A program made the position numbers and the translations under genes. From positions 1 to 64,000 of the forward strand of contig CAWHBU010000003.1 of NCBI GenBank assembly GCA_963827685.1: 64,000 nt of DNA, written 5' to 3'. Under the pieces are notes generated by a model. It had not been told where the DNA came from. It made no database searches and saw nothing but the letters and a program-made list of their open reading frames with translations. This stretch comes from an uncultured delta proteobacterium. GTDB lineage: Bacteria; Desulfobacterota; BSN033; UBA1163. Positions 58,419 to 64,000 of the stretch are shown piece after piece. Within the stretch, counting starts at the first letter, position 1, and every line of letters begins with the position of its first letter.

Positions 58419-59366
58419 GTGGCATTCGAAATACCAAAGATTACTTATACAGGCAAGATAAAAGAAGTCACACTGGGAAAAGGACCAAAGGCGGTGACCG
58501 TGGGTGGGGAGACATCTTATCCCTTTCATCTGTTTGAGGGAGGGATGCCTCAAACTCCCCGGATTGCCATGGAGGTCTATGATACGCCTCCAGAAGAATG
58601 GCCTGAAGCGGCCTTGGAGCCCTACAAGGATGTGGTCAAGGACCCCGTGGCCTGGGCCAAAAAATGTGTTCAGAGTTATGGCGCAGAGCTGATCGCCCTG
58701 CAACTCGTCAGCACAGACCCAAATGGCCTCAATCGTTCGAGCGATGAGGCTGCTCAGACAGCCAAAAAGGTGGCCAGTGCTGTGGATGTCCCGGTAATTG
58801 TATGGGGAAGTGGAAATGCGGATAAGGACGCGGATGTTCTTCGGAAGGTTGCCGAAACATGTGATGGGATGAATCTCGTCATCGGGCCAGTGGTGGAAGG
58901 AAACTATAAACAGGTGGGCGCAGGAGCGATCGCATACAAACATACGGCAATCGCTTCCACTCCCATCGATATCAACCTGGCCAAACAGCTCAATATCCTC
59001 TTGGGAAATCTGGGCGTTCCGGATGGACAGATCATTGTCGATCCGACCACCGGTGGACTCGGATATGGAATTGAATATACCTATTCGGTCATGGAACGAG
59101 ATCGAATGGCTGCCCTCACCCAACAGGACGAGAGGCTTCAATTCCCTATTCTATGCAATATGGCCAAGGAGATCTGGAAGACCAAGGAAGCCAAGACGAA
59201 AACTGAAGATGCCCCAGCTTTGGGCGATGCCAAGAAGAGAGGAATTCTGATGGAGTCTGTCACCGCGATCGTCCTTCTTTTGGCAGGGGCCGATGTTTTA
59301 GTGATGAGACACCCTGAGGCCATCAAACTGGTCCGGGAGATGATTGCCGATTTTACGGCCAAATAA
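58419..59366 (+). CDS. acsD: Corrinoid FeS protein small subunit
   Basis: VGGET.YPF..FEG, DINLAKQLNI, DPTTGGLGYG.EYTYSVMER. Confidence 0.93.
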   Translation: MAFEIPKITYTGKIKEVTLGKGPKAVTVGGETSYPFHLFEGGMPQTPRIAMEVYDTPPEEWPEAALEPYKDVVKDPVAWAKKCVQSYGAELIALQLVSTDPNGLNRSSDEAAQTAKKVASAVDVPVIVWGSGNADKDADVLRKVAETCDGMNLVIGPVVEGNYKQVGAGAIAYKHTAIASTPIDINLAKQLNILLGNLGVPDGQIIVDPTTGGLGYGIEYTYSVMERDRMAALTQQDERLQFPILCNMAKEIWKTKEAKTKTEDAPALGDAKKRGILMESVTAIVLLLAGADVLVMRHPEAIKLVREMIADFTAK

Positions 59367-59403
59367 ATTTAAAAAAGGGGGAGGAAAACATAAGGAGGAT
59401 AAA

Positions 59404-61371
59404 ATGGCAGAATTGGAAAAGAAGAGTATTGATCCAGCAACGATAAAAATGTTGAAGAAGGCTCAGGCCGACGGGTGTGAGACGATTTTCGATCGGGCCG
59501 AAACCATGAAACCCTGCCCCATTGGGGCGGAAGGAAGCTGTTGTAAGAACTGCGCCATGGGGCCCTGCCGCGTCCCCGCTCCCAAGAAAAAAGGAGAAAC
59601 GGCTGCAGAGAAAACAAAACGGACGGGCCTGTGCGGCGCCACTGCAGAGACGATTTCTGCGCGTAATTTCGCTCGAATGGTGGCGGCAGGAGCCTCTGCC
59701 CACTCCGATCATGCCCGGGGTGTGGCTGAAGTTTTTCTGGCTGCGGCCAAAGGTGAGGTGCCAGGATTTCAGATCAAGGACGAACAGAAACTTTACCAGG
59801 TTGCCATGGACTTTGGCGTGGAGATCGGTGACCGGTCGATCCAAGATATCGCGATCGACGTGGGTCATAAGGCCCAGGCCGAGTTCGGGCGTCAAGAAGG
59901 AGAAACTATTTTTATTAAAAGAGCCCCCCTCAAAAGGCAGGAGATCTGGAGGAATCTAGGGGTTGTACCGCGAGGGATCGATCGGGAGGTCGTAGAGTTG
60001 ATGCACCGAACCCACATGGGTGTCGATCAAGATTACCGAAACATCTTGATGGGAGCCGCCCGGACAGCTCTGGCCGATGGCTGGGGAGGATCTATGATCT
60101 CCACGGAACTGCAAGATATTCTTTTTGGGAATCCGGTTCCCGTAATGGGCCAAATCAATCTGGGTGTGTTGAAAAAGGATGAGGTCAATGTGGTTATCCA
60201 CGGACATGAACCTTTACTTCCTGAGATTATGGCAGATGTGGTCCATGACCCCGAAATTCAGAAAGCGGCCAAAGCGGTTGGGGCGAAAGGGGTTAATTTA
60301 GCGGGAATGTGCTGTTCTGCCAATGAGATTCTAATGCGCCATGGGATTCCAGTGGCCGGTAACTTTTTGCAGCAGGAGTTGGCCATCGTCACGGGTGCTG
60401 TGGATGCTATGGTGGTCGATGTCCAGTGTGAAATGCAGTCCTTGGCTCAAGTGGCAAAATGCTACCATACCAAACTGATTACCACTACACCTAAGGCCAA
60501 AATCGAAGGGGCTATGCACATCGAGTTTGATGAGCATCATGCACCAGATGTTGCTAAAAAAGTATTAATGGAGGCTATCCAGAATTTTAAAAACCGGAAG
60601 CCCAATGTTGAAATTCCCTCGGATACCACGGATACGATCGTTGGATTCAGTCATGAAACCATTAACTATCTGCTCGGCGGTGCCTACCGAGCCTCCTACC
60701 GACCCTTGAACGACAATATCATCAATGGTCGCATTCGAGGAATCGCGGGTGTGGTCGGCTGCAACAATGCCCGCGTGACCCATGACGACCCAAACCTCAT
60801 CTTGATCAAAGAACTGATCAAGAACGATGTGATCGTGCTCTCGACAGGGTGTGCCGCCATGACCGCTGGCAAATTTGGTCTTCTCACCCCAGAGGCAACA
60901 GATATCTATGCAGGCCAAGGTCTTGCCTCTGTTGGAAGAGTAGTGGGTATTCCCCCAGTCCTTCACATGGGCTCCTGTGTGGATAATAGTAGAATCCTGA
61001 TGGCCGCCACTGCGGTCGTCAAAGATGGAGGTTTGGGCGATGATATCAGTGATCTTCCAGCGGCTGGCGCGGCTCTCGAGTGGATGAGCGAGAAGGCAGT
61101 TGCCATCGGCCACTATTTTGTGGCCTCCGGAGTCTTCACGGTATTTGGCACGACCTGGCCAACCACAGGAAGCGATGAAGTGACAAAACTTCTCTTTGAG
61201 GAGTTTGAAACGACCCTCAAAGGGAAATGGGGTTTCGAACCCGATCCGTACAAGGCTGCAAAACTAATGATCGAACATATTGACAAAAAGCGGAAGGCCC
61301 TGGGAATCGATAAGACAAGAGAGCGTGTACTCTTCGATATGGCCAAGCGTCGTGAATTGGATGCGGCCTAA
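59404..61371 (+). CDS. cooS: Anaerobic CO dehydrogenase catalytic subunit
   Basis: CCKNCAMGPC, G.CGA, HSDH, HGHEP, GMCC..NE, GCNN, HMGSCVD, MSEKA. Confidence 0.95.
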   Translation: MAELEKKSIDPATIKMLKKAQADGCETIFDRAETMKPCPIGAEGSCCKNCAMGPCRVPAPKKKGETAAEKTKRTGLCGATAETISARNFARMVAAGASAHSDHARGVAEVFLAAAKGEVPGFQIKDEQKLYQVAMDFGVEIGDRSIQDIAIDVGHKAQAEFGRQEGETIFIKRAPLKRQEIWRNLGVVPRGIDREVVELMHRTHMGVDQDYRNILMGAARTALADGWGGSMISTELQDILFGNPVPVMGQINLGVLKKDEVNVVIHGHEPLLPEIMADVVHDPEIQKAAKAVGAKGVNLAGMCCSANEILMRHGIPVAGNFLQQELAIVTGAVDAMVVDVQCEMQSLAQVAKCYHTKLITTTPKAKIEGAMHIEFDEHHAPDVAKKVLMEAIQNFKNRKPNVEIPSDTTDTIVGFSHETINYLLGGAYRASYRPLNDNIINGRIRGIAGVVGCNNARVTHDDPNLILIKELIKNDVIVLSTGCAAMTAGKFGLLTPEATDIYAGQGLASVGRVVGIPPVLHMGSCVDNSRILMAATAVVKDGGLGDDISDLPAAGAALEWMSEKAVAIGHYFVASGVFTVFGTTWPTTGSDEVTKLLFEEFETTLKGKWGFEPDPYKAAKLMIEHIDKKRKALGIDKTRERVLFDMAKRRELDAA

Positions 61372-61490
61372 TAAACACACAAAAAACGTGAACCGTGATT
61401 CGTGAGCCGTGACTCGGTTCTTGCTAAATTGAGACCATGATTCACGAATTACCCATTACGATCCACCCTTAATGGAAGGAGGTACATAAC

Positions 61491-63697
61491 GTGTCGAAAA
61501 TTATTGCATCTGCAGCGATAAGAGGAGCTCATAAGATTGTTGAAAAGGCTGAAAAGAAATACGAAGAAGCCCTTAAGAAGTGGGGGCCCAATCAGGATGT
61601 GGGATTCCCCAATACCGCCTATTATCTACCTATCATCTATGCCATTCTGGGGGTTCCCGTCCAAAAATTGGGTGATATGAAGCCAGTTCTCGATCGGCCC
61701 GATCCCTGTTACCGCCCTTGGTCAAGGAAAAGGTGAATCTTCCCTACTTAGGCCCTGCCCTCGACGCAGGCATGGCAACCTTTTTTGCCGAAGAGGTCAG
61801 CGAGGCGATACGCTACTTAGAGGATCCCAATTTCTATACGAAGCAGGAAGATCCTTTACCCAATAATATCTGGCTGGGAGCAGCGGATGATGTCATTTTC
61901 CGGAAGAGAGGAATTGAGTTTGTCGATGGAACAGCCCCAGGATTTGCTGCCATCGCCGGCGCAGCGCCCACACCGGAGATTGCCAAGAAGATTGCCACCG
62001 AGCTTCAGGAGAAAAACCTCTATATCTTTATGTGTGCCGAATTCGAAGGGAGACGTTTCTCAGAACAATTAGTGAAGGCTGGCGTTCAGATCGGCTGGCC
62101 GACCCGTCTGGTTTCCTTTGGGCCTGATATCTCCGCAGCCGTCTTTGCCATTGGTTTTGCCTGTCGAGTCGCCATGGCTTTTGGAGGGATTAAACCCGGA
62201 GATTTTCGGAAAAATCTCATCTACAACAAGGACCGTACCTTTGCCTTTGTCATGCCCCTAGGATATGTCAATGATGAATGGTATGCCAATGCCGCAGGCG
62301 CCATCAACTGGGGATTTCCCACAATCGCCGATACACCCATCCCTGAAATTTTACCTACAGGGGTATGCACCTATGAGCATGTCGTTTCCAATGTTCCTCA
62401 TGATCAGATTGTCCAGAGGTCAGTGGAAGTGAGAGGGTTGAAGGTCACCGTCGCTGAGGTCCCCATTCCCGTTTCCTATGGTCCTGCCTTCGAAGGCGAG
62501 AGGGTCAGGGGTGAGGATATCTATTTAGAGTGTGGTGGAGGAAGAACCCACGCTGTAGAATGGGTGACTTCCAAAAACATGGATGAGGTGGAGGATGGAA
62601 AGGTAGATGTCATCGGTCCCGACCTGGATAAGATAAAGCCGCCAGGTCAACTTCCCCTTGCCATTGTCGCGGAAGTGGCAGGCCGACAGATGCAAGAGGA
62701 TTTCGAGCCAATTCTGGAGCGCCAAATCCATCATCTGATCAACTATGCCCAAGGGATCATGCATATTGGTCAAAGGGATATTGCCTGGGTACGAGTCGGT
62801 AAAGCAGCGGTTGATAAAGGATTCCGGCTCTCCCATCTCGGCAAGATCCTCCATGCAAAGTTCCATCAGGACTTTGGAGCGATTTTCGACAAAGTCCAGG
62901 TTAAAGTCTATACGGAACCCAAAGCGGTTGACGAAATGGTGGCCAAAGCAAAGGAGGTTTATAGAAAAAGGGATGCCCGTATCGAAGGCATGACCGATGA
63001 GACCACGGACATCTTCTACTCCTGCACCCTTTGCCAATCCTTTGCGCCCAACCATGTCTGTGTCATCAGTCCAGAAAGGACCGGACTTTGCGGTGCTTAC
63101 AACTGGATGGATTGCAAGGCCTCGTTTGAGATCAATCCCACCGGACCGAACCAACCCGTTCAAAAGGGAGAGATGATCGATACGAAATTAGGCCAGTGGA
63201 AGGGTGTGAATGATTTTGTGTTCAAGGCCTCCCGTCAGAAGATCGACCACTATAATTTTTACAGTCTGGTCTATGATCCGATGACCACTTGCGGTTGTTG
63301 CGAATGCATTGCTGCTGTTCTTCCGATGTGTAATGGGGTGATGACCGTCAATCGAGATTTTACAGGAATGACCCCCTGCGGAATGAAATTCACTACTCTG
63401 GCAGGCTCTGTCGGTGGCGGTGCGGTCACCCCGGGCTTCGTGGGCCACAGCAAATACAATATCACCCAGAGAAAGTGGCTGATCGGAGACGGAGGCATCA
63501 AACGATTGGTTTGGATGCCCAAAATTCTCAAGGAAGAAATTGGAGAACGATTCAAGAAACGAGCTGAAGAGATGGGTATTCCAAACCTTCTTGATATGAT
63601 TGCAGATGAGACCATTGGAGTGACAGAGGATGAGATTCTTCCCTTCCTGACAGAGAAGAATCATCCAGCCCTCTCAATGGATCCGATTCTTGGATGA
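61491..63697 (+). CDS. acsB: Acetyl-CoA synthase (single frameshift near 61696)
   Basis: FPNTAYYLP N-terminus in one frame; FYSC.LCQSFAP.HVC, GLCGA and TTCGCCEC in the next; restoring one G gives DRARSLLPPLVKEK. Confidence 0.92.
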
Positions 63698-63806
63698 TTG
63701 AAACGTGATTCGTGATTCGTGACTCGTGACTTTGAAAATTCTGCTTTTATCACGAATCACCAGTCACGGTTCACTATTCACGACTTTTTGGAAAGGAGAG
63801 GATATC

Positions 63807-64000
63807 ATGGGACTGACAGGGATTCAAATCTTCAAGATGTTACCGAAAACGAACTGCGGAGAGTGCGGCGTTCCAACCTGTCTCGCTTTTGCCATGAACT
63901 TGGCAGCCGGAAAAGCGGAATTGGCCTCCTGTCCCTATGTGTCTGAGGAGGTAAAGGCCATGCTCTCTGAGGCAGCGGCTCCGCCCATTCGACCTCTCGC
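63807..64000 (+). CDS. acsC: Corrinoid FeS protein large subunit (partial)
   Basis: MGLTGIQIFKMLPKTNCGECGVPTCLAFAM...CPY. Confidence 0.92.
   Translation, partial: MGLTGIQIFKMLPKTNCGECGVPTCLAFAMNLAAGKAELASCPYVSEEVKAMLSEAAAPPIRPL

Noticed and set aside
57160-59141. Long minus-strand ORFs (319 and 349 aa)
   Set aside because: Antisense shadows of folD and acsD with no recognisable motifs.
61685-61740. Programmed frameshift in acsB
   Set aside because: No slippery sequence or stimulatory structure; an error or mutation is simpler.
57121-63784. Short repeat arrays as CRISPR
   Set aside because: Degenerate 7-bp units without unique spacers, and no cas genes.

Overview
Window from an anaerobic Desulfobacterota-like bacterium; the taxonomy is inferred from gene content. 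There are five blocks. (1) 1.7-14.8 kb is a defence/toxin-antitoxin island downstream of etfA. It carries AbiV-like and AbiGi-like genes, a catalytically inactive long prokaryotic Argonaute coupled to a 2-TM partner, BrnTA, RelE/Phd and two IS1182 copies. Three non-identical orphan copies of the etfA 3' end divide it into cassettes. (2) 14.8-29.4 kb is a class II benzoyl-CoA reductase operon: bamBCD-fdhD-bamE(Sec)-bamF(Sec), then a DUF3795 gene with an attC-like site, a membrane FeS oxidoreductase and etfBA. (3) 29.6-37.1 kb is a decayed island of orphan lipoproteins bounded by tRNA-Thr 3' halves. (4) 37.7-52 kb holds abfD, two tandem PAS-GGDEF genes, and three consecutive genes each preceded by its own fluoride riboswitch (DUF2267-like, prenyltransferase-repeat protein, IS630-split dynamin-like GTPase). 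(5) 52.4-64 kb is a Wood-Ljungdahl operon. The best novelty candidates are the etfA-tail cassette array, the inactive pAgo plus membrane partner, and the triple fluoride-riboswitch cluster with no exporter gene. All family calls come from motif recognition; no database search was run.
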